The position numbers were made by a program, and so were the translations under genes. A DNA stretch of 64,000 nucleotides from Verrucomicrobiota bacterium (GTDB lineage Bacteria; Verrucomicrobiota; Verrucomicrobiia; Limisphaerales; Palsa-1400), in assembly GCA_049510745.1 (NCBI GenBank), contig JBEKYR010000010.1, forward strand, positions 80,345-144,344, given 5' to 3'. Below, one piece after another: positions 7,790 to 18,999 of this stretch (positions are counted from its first letter, which is position 1; each line of letters starts with the position of its first letter). The notes below the pieces were generated by a model. It saw nothing but the letters and a program-made list of their open reading frames with translations, made no database searches and was not told where the DNA came from.

Positions 7790-10345
7790 TCAGGTCAGTT
7801 TGGGGGCGACTTTTTCGGTGCTATAGCACTCGATGAGGTCGCCGGTTTGCATTTCGTTAAAGCCTTCGATGCGGATGCCGCACTCCATGCCGGCGCGCAC
7901 TTCGTTGACGTCATCCTGGAAGCGGCGCAAGGTCTGGATGATGCCTTCGTAAATGAGGCCCTTGCGGCGCAGGACGCGGGCTTTGCCGCGCACCATGCGG
8001 CCGGAGTTGACGAGGCAGCCGGCGACGTTGCCGCCCTTGGACAACTCGAAAATCTTCCGCACCTCCGCCGAGCCGATGATGATTTCCTTGATGACCGGTT
8101 CGAGGAGTCCGGCCATGGCTTCCTTGACCTGGTCGATCAGCTCGTAAATGATCGAGTAAAGTTTGATCTGCACCCCTTCGCGCTTGGCCAGGTCGGCCAC
8201 GTCCACGTCGATCCGCGTGTGGAATCCCAGGATGATGGCCGAGGAGGCCGAGGCCAGCAGCACATCCGATTCGGTGATCGTGCCGACCGCGCTGTGAATG
8301 ACCTCCAGAGAAACCTGGCCCGCCTCGATCTTTTTGAGCGCTTCGACAATGGCCTCGACCGACCCCTGGGTATCGGCCTTGACGACGACCTTGAGGATTT
8401 TCGCCTGGGTCGCGTCGAGGGTGGCGAATAAATTTTCCAGGGTGACCTTGGCGCGCGTTTCGTTCGATTGGGTGCGGGCCAATTCGGCGCGTTGCTCGGC
8501 CAGGTCGCGCGCGTTTTTTTCGTCCTCCAGGACGCTGAACTCCAGGCCGGCTTCGGGCACGCCGTTGAGGCCGAGAATTCTGACGGCGACCGACGGACCG
8601 GCATCTTTTTGGCGGTCTCCCTCCTCGCTGATCAAGGCGCGGACTTTGCCCCAGAAAGGGCCGCAAATGACGACGTCGCCGACGCGCAAGGTGCCTTTGC
8701 GGACCAGGACGGTGGCGGTGGGGCCGCCGGGTTCGAGGCCGGATTCGATGACGTTGCCTTTGGCGCGGCGGTTGGGGTTGGCCTTCAGTTCCAGGAGGTC
8801 GGCCTGGAGCAGGATCATTTCCAGCAATTTGTCCACTCCCTGCTTGGTCAGGGCGGAAACATCGACGAAGATGGTTTCGCCGCCCCAATCGTCCGGCGCC
8901 AGCCCTTTTTCCTGGAGTTGCTGGCGGACTTTCATAGGGTTGGCGTTCGGGTGGTCGCACTTGTTGACAGCTACGATGATCGGGGCCTTGGCCGCCTGGG
9001 CGTGGCTCAGGGCCTCCAACGTCTGCGGCATGACGCCGTCGTTGGCCGCCACCACCAGCACGACAATATCCGTCACCGTCGCGCCCCGCGCGCGCATGGC
9101 GCTGAAGGCGGCGTGGCCGGGCGTGTCGAGAAAGGTGATTTGTTGGAGCTCGTTTTTGCGCTCGGGATGCGGAAAGGAAATTGTGTAGGCCCCAATGTGC
9201 TGGGTGATGCCGCCGGCCTCGCCCGCCGCGACGTTGGACTTGCGGATCACGTCCAGCAGCGTCGTTTTGCCGTGGTCCACGTGCCCCATGATCGTGACGA
9301 CGGGCGCCCGCGGTTTCATGTCTTCGGGCTTGTCTTCGACATCCAGCTCCACCTTCCTGACCGGGGTGTGGGCGCCGGCGCCGCGCTCGCGTTTTTCCAC
9401 CTCGAAGCGGAAGCCGTATTTGGCGCAAATCCGCTGCGCCACATCCTCGTCAATCGATTGATTGACGTTGGCGAAAACCCCCACTTCCATCAGATCGGCG
9501 ATGATCTGGAATGGCTTGCGCTTTAATTGGTCGGCCATATCCCGCACGATGATGGGCGGCTTGAGGGTGATGAGTTGCCCGGTGGCCGGCGGGACAAATT
9601 TCTCCGGGGCCTTGGCGGATACGGGCGCGGGCGCCGCCGTTCTTTGGGGTGCCCTTTGTGCCGGCCTCTGACCGGACTGCGCTGGCGCGGCGGGAGCCGC
9701 AACGCCTGGCCCCCGGCGAATATCGCCGCGGCCAATAACGCCGGTTCGCCCGCCGGCGGACGCGCCTCGTCCGGCGCTTTTGTCCGCCGGCTGCCGCGGC
9801 GCGGGCTTGGGCGGCAGTTGCACCCAACCGACCTTTTCCCCGATCTTCGGCGTGGGGGGAGGCGGCGGCGGGGCGGGCGCTTTCGGGACTTCAACCGGGG
9901 CCGCTGGCGCCGGCGCTTCGGCTGCCGGGGTCTCAGAAATGGCTGGCGCAGAGGGTGTTTCGACGGCTGGCGTGACCGTTTCGGGAGCCGGCACGACAAC
10001 GCTCACCGCCGGGGGAGCCGCAGTTTCGAGCGGAGGCGGCGCGGGCGGCGCGGGCGGGGTGATCGCTTCAACGGCCGGGGCCGCTTCGGTAATCAGGGTG
10101 ATCGGAGGATGCGTTTCGACGGCGGCCGGAGCTGGGGCGGGAGGTTCAGGCGGCGGCGCGGCCGGGGCCGCGGCTGGCGGCGGAAGCAATTTGGCCAACT
10201 CGATTTCGAGGAATTCAGCGGTAATTTTGTCCAGGGAACTGGACGGCACTTTGGCCTGGGCAATGCCCAGGTCCCTGGCCTTGGCAAGGACTTCCTTGCT
10301 TTCGATGCCAAGCTTCTTTGCTAAATCGTAAATGCGAACAGGCAT
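7790..10345 (-). CDS. infB: Translation initiation factor IF-2
   Basis: [28 protein letters not shown]; Pro/Ala-rich N-terminal linker. Confidence 0.97.
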   Translation of the reverse strand: MPVRIYDLAKKLGIESKEVLAKARDLGIAQAKVPSSSLDKITAEFLEIELAKLLPPPAAAPAAPPPEPPAPAPAAVETHPPITLITEAAPAVEAITPPAPPAPPPLETAAPPAVSVVVPAPETVTPAVETPSAPAISETPAAEAPAPAAPVEVPKAPAPPPPPPTPKIGEKVGWVQLPPKPAPRQPADKSAGRGASAGGRTGVIGRGDIRRGPGVAAPAAPAQSGQRPAQRAPQRTAAPAPVSAKAPEKFVPPATGQLITLKPPIIVRDMADQLKRKPFQIIADLMEVGVFANVNQSIDEDVAQRICAKYGFRFEVEKRERGAGAHTPVRKVELDVEDKPEDMKPRAPVVTIMGHVDHGKTTLLDVIRKSNVAAGEAGGITQHIGAYTISFPHPERKNELQQITFLDTPGHAAFSAMRARGATVTDIVVLVVAANDGVMPQTLEALSHAQAAKAPIIVAVNKCDHPNANPMKVRQQLQEKGLAPDDWGGETIFVDVSALTKQGVDKLLEMILLQADLLELKANPNRRAKGNVIESGLEPGGPTATVLVRKGTLRVGDVVICGPFWGKVRALISEEGDRQKDAGPSVAVRILGLNGVPEAGLEFSVLEDEKNARDLAEQRAELARTQSNETRAKVTLENLFATLDATQAKILKVVVKADTQGSVEAIVEALKKIEAGQVSLEVIHSAVGTITESDVLLASASSAIILGFHTRIDVDVADLAKREGVQIKLYSIIYELIDQVKEAMAGLLEPVIKEIIIGSAEVRKIFELSKGGNVAGCLVNSGRMVRGKARVLRRKGLIYEGIIQTLRRFQDDVNEVRAGMECGIRIEGFNEMQTGDLIECYSTEKVAPKLT

Positions 10346-10423
10346 ATTCTTCTGTCTGCCAACTGGCCCGCGGAGTTTTCATGCGGTCAACATGTCAACA
10401 GGGCGGCCCTTCAAATCATCTGA

Positions 10424-11704
10424 TCAAGAGGCTTCCGGCTTCTCGCCAGCCTCGCCGCCGTTGCGCCGGGCAGCCTCGGACTTGATCGCTTCCATGATGG
10501 CGGGCACCTGGTCCTTGATCTGTTCGATCTGTTCCAAATCGCTCAATTCCGCCTGTAGCAAGGCGTCCACCGTCGAAAATCCCGCATGCACCAGGACACT
10601 GGCCACTTCGGGCGTCAAACCGATGGCCACGAAGCTCTGCACCGCCTGGGCCACTTTCTGCTCGAAGCCGACCGTCACCACCGCTTCCGGTTCGATGTCG
10701 ATCTGCCAGCCGGTCAGTTTGGAGGTCAGGCGGGCGTTTTGCCCCCGCTTGCCGATGGCGAGGGAAAGCTGGTCCTCCGCCACCATGATCTTGACCCGGC
10801 GCCGGGCCTCATCGACCGTAAAAGACTTCAATTGCGCCGGGGCCAGGGCGTTGGCGATGTAGGTCTTGATGTTGGGGTCCCACTTGATGATATCGACCTT
10901 CTCGTTGTTCAACTCGCGCACGATATTCTTGACCCGCTGGCCTCGCAGCCCGACGCAGGCGCCGACCGGATCGACCTTGGGATCGCGGGTATGGACGGCC
11001 AGCTTGGTGCGGAAACCCGGCTCGCGCGCAATCCCCTTGATCTCGATGGTGCCGTCGTTGATCTCGGACACTTCCAACTGGAAAAGTTTGATGACAAATT
11101 GCGGATCGGCCCGGGACAGGATGATTTCCGGCCCGTGCGTCCCGGTTTCCACCGCCTTGACGTAGCAGCGGATGCGCTCGCCGATCTGGTATTCCTCGGT
11201 GGGAACGCGCTCGCGGTTGGGCAACAGCGCCTCGTATTTGCCCAGGTCGATCGTCACGTCCGAGCGCTCGAAGCGGCGCACCACCCCGCTCATGATGTCG
11301 CCGATCCGGTCCTTGAACTCGGTGAAAATAAGTTGTTTCTCCGCCCGGCGGATGTGCTGCATGAGGGCCTGTTTGGCGTACTGTGAGGCGATGCGTCCGA
11401 ACCCGGCGGGGGTCACCTCCACCTCCAACTCCTCGCCCAATTGCGCATCCGCCTTGAGGCGGCGGGCGTCGAAGACGGAAATCTGATCGTGTTTGGAGGC
11501 GACCTTCTCGGAGACGACCAGCCGGGCAAAAGCCTTGATATCGCCGGTTTTGGTGTCAATAGCGCAGCGCAATTCGCGGGCGGGGCCGACGGCCTTTTTA
11601 GCGGCGGACAGCAACGCCTCTTCCACCGCCTGAACCAGGACGTCACGGCTGATTCCCTTCTCGCGCTCCCAGAATTCCAACACTGCTAAAAAATCGGCGT
11701 TCAT
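10424..11704 (-). CDS. nusA: Transcription termination factor NusA
   Basis: FGRIASQYAKQ, AREPGFRTK, DPVGACVG, AIGKRGQNARL; start set at MNADF. Confidence 0.96.
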   Translation of the reverse strand: MNADFLAVLEFWEREKGISRDVLVQAVEEALLSAAKKAVGPARELRCAIDTKTGDIKAFARLVVSEKVASKHDQISVFDARRLKADAQLGEELEVEVTPAGFGRIASQYAKQALMQHIRRAEKQLIFTEFKDRIGDIMSGVVRRFERSDVTIDLGKYEALLPNRERVPTEEYQIGERIRCYVKAVETGTHGPEIILSRADPQFVIKLFQLEVSEINDGTIEIKGIAREPGFRTKLAVHTRDPKVDPVGACVGLRGQRVKNIVRELNNEKVDIIKWDPNIKTYIANALAPAQLKSFTVDEARRRVKIMVAEDQLSLAIGKRGQNARLTSKLTGWQIDIEPEAVVTVGFEQKVAQAVQSFVAIGLTPEVASVLVHAGFSTVDALLQAELSDLEQIEQIKDQVPAIMEAIKSEAARRNGGEAGEKPEAS

Positions 11705-11730
11705 AATCAAAATTTCCCCACACAGGGAAT

Positions 11731-11762
11731 AAAAAAGTCGGCAGAACCTGGGTCTCCGACTT
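11731..11762 (-). terminator. Leader hairpin with U-tract upstream of nusA (possible attenuator)
   Basis: Minus strand AAGTCGG-N14-CCGACTT followed by TTTT, about 27 nt before the nusA ATG. Confidence 0.5.
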
Positions 11763-11956
11763 GCGCGCTGAAACGAGTCCAGCAAAACAAATTGTGCGAC
11801 CCATATAATAGCCAGCCGCGCCCAATCGTCAACCGGAAAAATTTGCCGCCCAAAGGCCTGTCCAGCGCCGGTTTTGGGGTTGGCTGAAAGAGGCTGTGAC
11901 CTGAGGTTTTAGCGAATCTGCATGGCCAAATCGCCGCGCCGGGCTAAACTGGCGGC

Positions 11957-13213
11957 ATGGAAATCTACGATCACCCGACGTTTCGCATGGCGTGCCGGCA
12001 ATTCGATCTGGTCGCCGATCGGCTGCAAATGCCCGACGATGAACGCGGCCGCTTGAAGTTTCCCAAACGCTCCATGACCGTCGCCCTGCCCATTCACATG
12101 GATGATGGCAGCATCCGCGTTTTCACCGGCCATCGCGTCCAGCATCATTTGACCCTCGGCCCGACCAAAGGCGGGTTGCGCTATCACCCCGATGTCGCGC
12201 TGGGCGAGGTCGCCGCCCTGGCCATGTGGATGAGTTGGAAGTGCGCGCTGGCCGGGTTGCCCTACGGCGGCGCCAAAGGCGGCATTGCCTGCGATCCCCG
12301 CACGCTTTCCCCGTTGGAGTTGGAACGCCTGACCCGCCGCTACACCCAGGAAATGATTCCCTTCATCGGCGACAAAGTCGATGTCATGGCGCCCGACATG
12401 GGCACCGACGAACAGACCATGGCCTGGATGATGGACACTTACTCCGTCCATACCGGCTATGCCGTGCCGTCCATTGTCACGGGCAAACCGGTCAGCATCG
12501 GCGGTTCGCTCGGACGCCGCGAAGCCACCGGGCGCGGCGTCGGCTACCTGATTAACCGCGTCATGGATACCATCGGCCTCGAACCGACCGACTCCCGCGC
12601 CGTGGTGCAGGGCTTCGGCAATGTCGGCTCGGTCGCGGCGTTTTCCCTGGCCAAGTACGGCGTGAAAATCGTCGGCATCAGCGATGTCAGCGGCGGCCTT
12701 TACAACGCGAAGGGAATTGACCTGTGGAAATTGGAGCAATACGCCGCCGCAAGACGCTCGGTGGCGGGCTTCCCGGGCGCGGAGCCAATCGCCAACGAGC
12801 AATTGCTGGTTTTGCCGTGCGAAATTCTGGTGCCCGCCGCGCTCGAGCGCCAAATCACCGGCGACAACGCCGCCAGAATCCAGTGCCGCATCCTCGCCGA
12901 GGCCGCCAACGGCCCGACTACCCCGGAAGCGGACGTTATATTGGATCAACGTCCGGAGATCTTCCTCATCCCCGACATTTTGTGCAACGCGGGCGGGGTG
13001 ATCGTCTCCTACTTTGAGTGGGTGCAGGATTTGCAGAGCTTTTTCTGGACGGAAACCGAAGTGATGGACAAGCTCTTCCGCATCTTGGAGGGCGCGTTCA
13101 TCCAGACGCTGACGTTGAGCCGGAAGCAGAAACTGTCGATGCGCGCGGCCGCGTTGGCCCTGGGGATCCAGCGCGTGCGGGAGGCCAAACGGATCCGCGG
13201 TTTGTTTCCGTAA
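11957..13213 (+). CDS. gdhA: Glu/Leu/Phe/Val dehydrogenase (glutamate dehydrogenase)
   Basis: KGGLRYHP, GGAKGG, APDMGT, GRREATGRG, QGFGNVG, EAANGP, NAGGVIVSYFEWVQ. Confidence 0.93.
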   Translation: MEIYDHPTFRMACRQFDLVADRLQMPDDERGRLKFPKRSMTVALPIHMDDGSIRVFTGHRVQHHLTLGPTKGGLRYHPDVALGEVAALAMWMSWKCALAGLPYGGAKGGIACDPRTLSPLELERLTRRYTQEMIPFIGDKVDVMAPDMGTDEQTMAWMMDTYSVHTGYAVPSIVTGKPVSIGGSLGRREATGRGVGYLINRVMDTIGLEPTDSRAVVQGFGNVGSVAAFSLAKYGVKIVGISDVSGGLYNAKGIDLWKLEQYAAARRSVAGFPGAEPIANEQLLVLPCEILVPAALERQITGDNAARIQCRILAEAANGPTTPEADVILDQRPEIFLIPDILCNAGGVIVSYFEWVQDLQSFFWTETEVMDKLFRILEGAFIQTLTLSRKQKLSMRAAALALGIQRVREAKRIRGLFP

Positions 13214-13377
13214 CCCAGGGCGGCGCGGCACCCGACCCGCCCCGCGAATTTTCAGTCCGGGACACCGCCGCAGCACGCAGGCGGGAGCGGTCCCTCCCGC
13301 CAGCCTCTCACCGGCGGAAATCAGGGCGCGGCGACAGGCACCATTTGGTGAACAGAGCGAGGGCATCGCCATGGATT

Positions 13378-13516
13378 TAGAGCGGTTTAAGAAATAGTGT
13401 AGCCGGTGTTCGACGGAAAATGTGTTCGGCGAGGCGCCGAACACGGCGGGCGAGGGCGCCCGCGCTCCCCAAAACCTCTACGCCTCAGCGGCTACAGTTT
13501 TCATGAAATTGCTCTA
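13378..13516. repeat. REP/MITE-like element with imperfect 28-bp terminal inverted repeats
   Basis: TAGAGCGGTTTAAGAAATAGTGTAGCCG matches the reverse complement of 13489-13516 at 21/28. Internal hairpin GTGTTCGGCG-AGG-CGCCGAACAC. Confidence 0.55.
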
Positions 13517-13781
13517 GGCGAATTCAGAAATGAGACTCCCCGCATTGAACCGGGAATGCGGGGAGTCTAAATTCAAATTTCCCCTCTGTCGAGAAAAATG
13601 TGGAATCCGGGCGGGCCGACGGGCGTCTGTCGGTTTTTGGACCTCCTGCGACCCTGTCCGATCCCTGCCAAAAACTGAGAGGCGCGCGGCGTGAATTAAT
13701 TCTCAATTTTTCACTTGCGCTCCGCGATGATTGCGTTATGATATCATCAAGATAGCAGTCAACCGTCAAATGAAAGGACCT

Positions 13782-14744
13782 ATGAATACCGAAAGAACAA
13801 ACGCCAGCCGCGAGTCCGAAAGGTGCGTCAGCAGTGGCTGGATCATGCTTGGGGCTGACATCGTCTTGATCGTGGGCTCCGCAGCCTTGATGATTTACTC
13901 TGCGGTTCACGGCATCCGAACGCTGGGACATCCGATGTGGAAGTTTCTCATCATTGGGTTGCTGGCGGAAATTGTGAGCTGGATCCTGCTCAATGGCTTT
14001 TTCACATTGCAGCCCAATGAGGCGCGGGTCCTGCTTTTGTTCGGCGCTTACAAAGGAACGGTGCGAAAGAGTGGATTCCATTGGGGTAACCCATTCTATT
14101 CCAAAGACTTGAAAGCGGGCCGGCCTGAGCAGCCGGTTGCGATAACAACCGGGAGGGATAAAGTGTCCCTTCGGGCGCGCACCCTCAATGTGGTGAAACT
14201 CAAGGTCAACGACAAACGAGGCAACCCCATCGAAATTGCTGCCGTCGTCGTCTGGCGCGTGGCCGACACCGCCCAGGCGGTCTTCGATGTGGACGATTAC
14301 GAGGGCTACGTTCACCTCCAAAGCGAAAGCGCCCTGCGCCATCTGGCCAGCGCCTATCGCTACGATGACGGCGAGGAAAACGAAGCGACCCTGCGCGGCA
14401 ACGTGGATGAAATTTCGCAGGCCTTGCGCCGGGAATTGCAGGAGCGGCTGGCCAAGGCGGGCGTCGTCGTTGATGAGGCCCGGCTGACCAACCTGTCCTA
14501 CGCGCCCGAGATCGCCCAGGTGATGCTGCGCCGCCAACAAGCCGAAGCCGTCATCGCCGCCCGGCAAAAGATTGTCCAGGGGGCCGTCAGCATGGTGGAC
14601 ATGGCGCTGAAGGATTTGGCGCAGAAAGAGGTGGTGGCGTTGGACGACGAGCGCAAAGCGGCCATGGTGAGCAACCTGATGGTGGTGCTTTGCAGCGAAT
14701 CGGAAGTCCACCCGGTCGTCAACACCGGCACGCTCTATACTTGA
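13782..14744 (+). CDS. SPFH/band-7 domain membrane protein
   Basis: Two TMs, [38 protein letters not shown]. Start uncertain (13770 or 13782). Confidence 0.9.
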   Translation: MNTERTNASRESERCVSSGWIMLGADIVLIVGSAALMIYSAVHGIRTLGHPMWKFLIIGLLAEIVSWILLNGFFTLQPNEARVLLLFGAYKGTVRKSGFHWGNPFYSKDLKAGRPEQPVAITTGRDKVSLRARTLNVVKLKVNDKRGNPIEIAAVVVWRVADTAQAVFDVDDYEGYVHLQSESALRHLASAYRYDDGEENEATLRGNVDEISQALRRELQERLAKAGVVVDEARLTNLSYAPEIAQVMLRRQQAEAVIAARQKIVQGAVSMVDMALKDLAQKEVVALDDERKAAMVSNLMVVLCSESEVHPVVNTGTLYT

Positions 14745-14747
14745 CGG

Positions 14748-14930
14748 ATGGCCTCGAGAAAACCCTTCCTGTTGCGGATGGACCCGGCGCTCTGGGCCGA
14801 ATTGGAGGCCTGGGCGCAGGCCGAATTGCGCAGCGTCAACGGCCAGATCGAATATCTGCTCAGACAAGCCGTCGCCAAACGCAAAGGCCCCTCGTCCGTT
14901 CGCAAGGCGGACGATCAAAAGAGGGGTTGA
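14748..14930 (+). CDS. Arc/ribbon-helix-helix DNA-binding protein
   Basis: [35 protein letters not shown]; a usual partner of this SPFH type. Confidence 0.85.
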   Translation: MASRKPFLLRMDPALWAELEAWAQAELRSVNGQIEYLLRQAVAKRKGPSSVRKADDQKRG

Positions 14931-15106
14931 TTTTCAGGGCGCAATTGAAAGTTTCCCGGCCCGGGACACCTTGGATTTCGTCGAAGCAGTTCTGTCTTTC
15001 GTGCAAGGACAGCCTTAGTAAACGTGTCCTCTGTTCAAGGACAAATGTGGAGTGTTGTGAACTCGCCACTGTTCGCAACGCTGACCCAACGAGCAGGACT
15101 TCCTGT

Positions 15107-15135
15107 TTGACACGGGCACCATCGCCTGTCATAGT
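15107..15135 (+). promoter_or_regulatory. Sigma70-like promoter
   Basis: TTGACA-17 nt-CATAGT directly upstream of the prepilin-like ORF. Confidence 0.5.
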
Positions 15136-15141
15136 GAGGCT

Positions 15142-16143
15142 GTGCGAACGGTACAAGACCAACTGTCCGTCAGCACGCTGCCCGCGAACGGCTGGCGGCG
15201 CGGAAGAAATCAGCTTCTTGTCGGGCAACGACTTTGCTCCTTGAGAACCCAGGGCCGCTGGAGGCATGGGCGCGCGTTCACTCTCATCGAACTTTTGGTG
15301 GTCATTGCGATTATCACCATCCTCGCGGGTATATTATTGCCGGCTCTGAGTCGGGCCAAGGAGCAGGGTTACACGACCGCTTGTAAGAGCAACCTGCGGC
15401 AACTGGGCATCGCCCTCGGGAACTACGCATCTGATTATAAAGCGTATCCATACGAATCCTTGGGTCGGGCCGTGCCTGGAGCAACCAATTACTATTGGCA
15501 AGAGCTATTGCAACCCTATTCCGGCGCAACGTGGGATTTAAACACCTTTGAAGGCCAGGCGACTTCAACCGGACTGCTCTACTTGTGCCCAAGCTATGCT
15601 CACCTGACACTTTGGAATCCGGGCGGCGTGCAGCAATGGGACTTTGCGCACGTTTGGGGCGCTTACGGCTATAACTGGAGGGGGGTGTGGAATGCGAACG
15701 CCGATTGGTTTCTTGGTTTGGGAGGCACAGGACCAAATTATGGGGGCGTCAATCCTCCAACCCGGGAGTCCGCGGTCCTCGTACCCAGTCTCATGGTTGC
15801 CCTTAGTGACGCTCCCCTCGCGGCAACGACCACATTCACAACGCCCCCAAATGCCGTTTATGGGAATGCGGAATTTTCGTGCGAGGAAGGCTTCTATGAC
15901 TACGAGGCCGAGTCTAGGCAGAGCAGCCCGGTCATGACTGGAGTCTGGGGTTCGATCGGTGAGATAAATGTTCTGGCGGCAATTCACAAACGCCATTTCG
16001 GAAAATGGAACGTGGTTTTTTGCGACGGTCACGTGCGGGCCAATACGACGAAAGAACTGTTTAATTTCAACGATAACTCGGTCTTGAGGTTGCGAAACTA
16101 CGACCATCTTCCTCATCGGGAGCTTTTCGTGAGTCCGCCGTGA
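15142..16143 (+). CDS. Prepilin-type N-terminal cleavage/methylation protein with H-X9-DG motif (DUF1559-like)
   Basis: [30 protein letters not shown]...CKSNLRQ...[14 protein letters not shown]. Start uncertain. Confidence 0.9.
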   Translation: MRTVQDQLSVSTLPANGWRRGRNQLLVGQRLCSLRTQGRWRHGRAFTLIELLVVIAIITILAGILLPALSRAKEQGYTTACKSNLRQLGIALGNYASDYKAYPYESLGRAVPGATNYYWQELLQPYSGATWDLNTFEGQATSTGLLYLCPSYAHLTLWNPGGVQQWDFAHVWGAYGYNWRGVWNANADWFLGLGGTGPNYGGVNPPTRESAVLVPSLMVALSDAPLAATTTFTTPPNAVYGNAEFSCEEGFYDYEAESRQSSPVMTGVWGSIGEINVLAAIHKRHFGKWNVVFCDGHVRANTTKELFNFNDNSVLRLRNYDHLPHRELFVSPP

Positions 16144-16274
16144 AAGAGACCTCCGCGCGCCGATCATCCCCGCCGCACGTTTGGCTTTCGAATAAGGGTG
16201 AGCGAAATATTTGACCGGGCGGCTAAAGTATTTGACCGTTGGCCGGGCGAGGCATACATGGGCGGCAATGTTGC

Positions 16275-17759
16275 TCATCTTGCCGCGTTGTGACAGACAA
16301 ACCAGTGCAAGCCTGACAACGGAGCGCTTTGAAATGTCTTTACCCATTCATAGGTGTTGCCGGCGCCGTCCGTGTATTGCTCTCCCGGAGGCGCCGGGTC
16401 TTCAAAAGATTCCTTCTGAGAGATGAACCATTCCGGCCCGCCTTGCGGCCAGGAATTTACAGGGTAGTATCTTGCCGTCTTGTTCCCCATTGCTTCCCTC
16501 GCATAGAACTGCAAGACAGTGTCAATGCGAAAATCATGATCGCCGCCGATTGTCACGACCGGCGCTTTCGTATGTTCAGCTAGAAAGCGCGCGGCTTCGC
16601 CATAATGTCCCCGGCCGAACTTGAAGAGACTGATCGTGTGCCAGCCATTGAGAACAAAATAACCGGCCAGCAGAAGAACGCAGACTGTCCGGCCCCGCAA
16701 ACCGCGTTGATAAAGGGTTGCCAGAACAAAACTGAAAAGAATCAGCAAAAAAGCCATCCCGACAATGAAATGCCTGACATAAAGCACGTCCGAATGGCGG
16801 ATGATCGCCAGCAGGATTGGAACCGCCAGAATCACGCCGATAAAAAATATCCACGAATCGGATTTTTCACGCCGCAGAATCCAGATGCCTGCGATGAACA
16901 GCGCGACGGCCAGAAGGGAAGTTAATAGCATGCCGAAATGACCCGGCGGAGCGCCCAGCGTCCAGGCGAGGGAATCCGCATAAACTCCAGGACCGTTCTT
17001 CGCTCCACCACCAAAGGTCTGATGGCGGATATCAACGAAATAGAGCGCCGTCAAAAACGCCGCCGGTGCGGCATGGCAGGCGAGCATGCCTTTGATCGTG
17101 TGCTTTAATCCGAGACCCGATTTGATGAACCGCCATCCCGACCAAAGAATGGCGGCGAACAGGAAATTGAGGAAGATCAGGTGCGAGGCGATTCCAAGAA
17201 TCGAACTGATTGAAAAGAGGAGGGCGGACTGCCATCCCTGTTTTTCCAAATATGTTTCCAGCGCATAAAAAGAGAGGAATGAAAAAAACACGGCCTCCGA
17301 ATAGCCCCTTGCTTCCGACGAGTAGAGAATCTGCACATACGAAAAAGCAACCAGCAGCATTGCAAACCAGGCGGCGCGCGTGTTCCGGCGGCGCCCGATC
17401 ATTCCCGCCAGCATCACACTGCCGACCCCTGCCACGATGGATGGGATGCGATAGCCCGGCCAGTTGCCGTGAAACCCGCACCAGTAAAGCCACAGCGAAT
17501 TCAAGTAATTGTTGTTATCGTGATGAATCTTTGTGAACACCTGCAAAGGCGATGAAATGTTGCCGACCAGCCTCAGCGACCATATTTCATCCAGCCACAA
17601 TTCATTCAAAGCGCCATAAATCCGAAGCGCCGCGGCGACAATGAGGAGCAAGCCCAACAGCCAGCCCCGGACACGCGGAGAAAAGGGAGATTCCACACCC
17701 TCGTTTGCCGGCTGATCCCCTAAACGGGTTCCTGGCTTTGGTGCATTGTTGGCTGACAT
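16275..17759 (-). CDS. GT-C fold (PMT/GT39-like) polytopic membrane glycosyltransferase
   Basis: LRIY...LWLDEIWS after TM1, YSSEARGYS, multiple TMs. Confidence 0.75.
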   Translation of the reverse strand: MSANNAPKPGTRLGDQPANEGVESPFSPRVRGWLLGLLLIVAAALRIYGALNELWLDEIWSLRLVGNISSPLQVFTKIHHDNNNYLNSLWLYWCGFHGNWPGYRIPSIVAGVGSVMLAGMIGRRRNTRAAWFAMLLVAFSYVQILYSSEARGYSEAVFFSFLSFYALETYLEKQGWQSALLFSISSILGIASHLIFLNFLFAAILWSGWRFIKSGLGLKHTIKGMLACHAAPAAFLTALYFVDIRHQTFGGGAKNGPGVYADSLAWTLGAPPGHFGMLLTSLLAVALFIAGIWILRREKSDSWIFFIGVILAVPILLAIIRHSDVLYVRHFIVGMAFLLILFSFVLATLYQRGLRGRTVCVLLLAGYFVLNGWHTISLFKFGRGHYGEAARFLAEHTKAPVVTIGGDHDFRIDTVLQFYAREAMGNKTARYYPVNSWPQGGPEWFISQKESFEDPAPPGEQYTDGAGNTYEWVKTFQSAPLSGLHWFVCHNAAR

Positions 17760-17820
17760 GAGCAGTAGTCGGCTCCCGGCGTGTTATCCGGGCATTTTTT
17801 GGGTTTTCATTTTTTGGCCC

Positions 17821-17880
17821 GATTTAGCCGGATTTACCCGGATTTGGCCGGATTTTTCCGGATTTGTCCGGGTTTGTCGA
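17821..17880. repeat. 10-bp periodic tandem array GATTTnnCCG x6
   Basis: gatttagccg gatttacccg gatttggccg gatttttccg gatttgtccg ggtttgtcga. Confidence 0.8.
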
Positions 17881-18030
17881 TTGGTTTTCCAGGTTGGTTC
17901 CGGCTTCTTTGGCAGGTTTTCGGAGCAGATGCCGGTGCCGGCGAGGCATGGGCAGGACAAATTTCTTCGTATAGTGCCGATCGGGGAATGGAGGGTTCCC
18001 GCTGCGTAAAAACGCTCCGAGCAGGATTAC

Positions 18031-18262
18031 TCGCGCAGAGGCGCATAGGGCGCAGCGCGGCAGCCGCAACCAAATTTTCAACCACGGATGGACACGGATT
18101 AACACGGATAAAACCATACAGATGAACCTATTCAAAACTTCGTGTTCTTCGCGCGCTTCGTGGTGGGAAAGTCTTCTCAGAAATGAGCGATTTTGGGATA
18201 TTGCACTGTAGAGAGGCAGGAGGAAAACAGTTTTTCTCCGCGCGCTCCGCGCCTCTGCGCGA
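18031..18262. repeat. Nested short-repeat intergenic element
   Basis: 14-bp inverted repeat TCGCGCAGAGGCGC/GCGCCTCTGCGCGA enclosing CACGGAT x3 (10-bp period) and CTTCG x3 (9-bp period). Confidence 0.6.
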
Positions 18263-18756
18263 AAAGGCCGGTTTCCCCCGTTGGCCGGAACAGATTGCCG
18301 GGATGACCGCTTCGCGGCGCAGTCCGCGCCGGGGCGGGCGGACAGGGCCGCTGCCCGGCGACTCCACTTTATGTCAAGCGCGAGTTCACGCACGGCACCA
18401 CTTTCCCATATAAATGAGGAAATGCAAGCATTTTGTTTAGAAATGTGACTGAAGCAGAAGGCCCGGAAGCGTGTCTCCCGATTTTTGGCAATGAGGGGTC
18501 ATCGGCGGCGGCGGCGAAGCCGCGACAAATGGCAAGAGCCTGAGGCGCAATGAGTAATGAATGGTGGCCGGCTGATTGAAGCGGCTGCGAGCCGCCCCTT
18601 CGTCATTGGGTGATTTTGGAATTCATTTATAGTTCTCATTAGGACATCGAAATTCGTCATTTACCCTCGGCGGATGGAGGCTGGCCACGCACCGCGAGGG
18701 GACGTGTCCAAAACAATGAGATGCGCCCCTAGTCCTGGTTTTTTTTCGGTTCAACA

Positions 18757-18996
18757 TTGAAATTCTTCAATTCAAGACCAAACAAGCAAACCACACTTGT
18801 TGTGGGCTGTGAAAAAGGTCGTCTTAAACCAAGCCTTTCCAACGTTGTCAGGAGAGGCGGTATATTCTTCAAAACACCGGACGTGCTTTCTCAATTGGGC
18901 AGAACAAACGAAGCTCTGCGAGAGCTTCAAATCCTGTGCCAGCAGCACCCAGACTTCCAACCAGCCCAGGACCTCTTACGAAAGCTGATGCACTGA
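18757..18996 (+). pseudogene. TPR-like C-terminal fragment
   Basis: DVLSQLGRTNEALRELQILCQQHPDFQPAQDLL resembles a terminal TPR; no convincing start. Confidence 0.35.
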
Positions 18997-18999
18997 TCT

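Noticed and set aside
987..13444. Long opposite-strand ORFs over core genes (e.g. 2555..3949, 6419..7555, 8468..9526, 11909..13444)
   Set aside because: Shadow frames of high-GC genes with no recognisable motifs. Only 1931..2611 was kept, because of its duplicated start and coupled ends.
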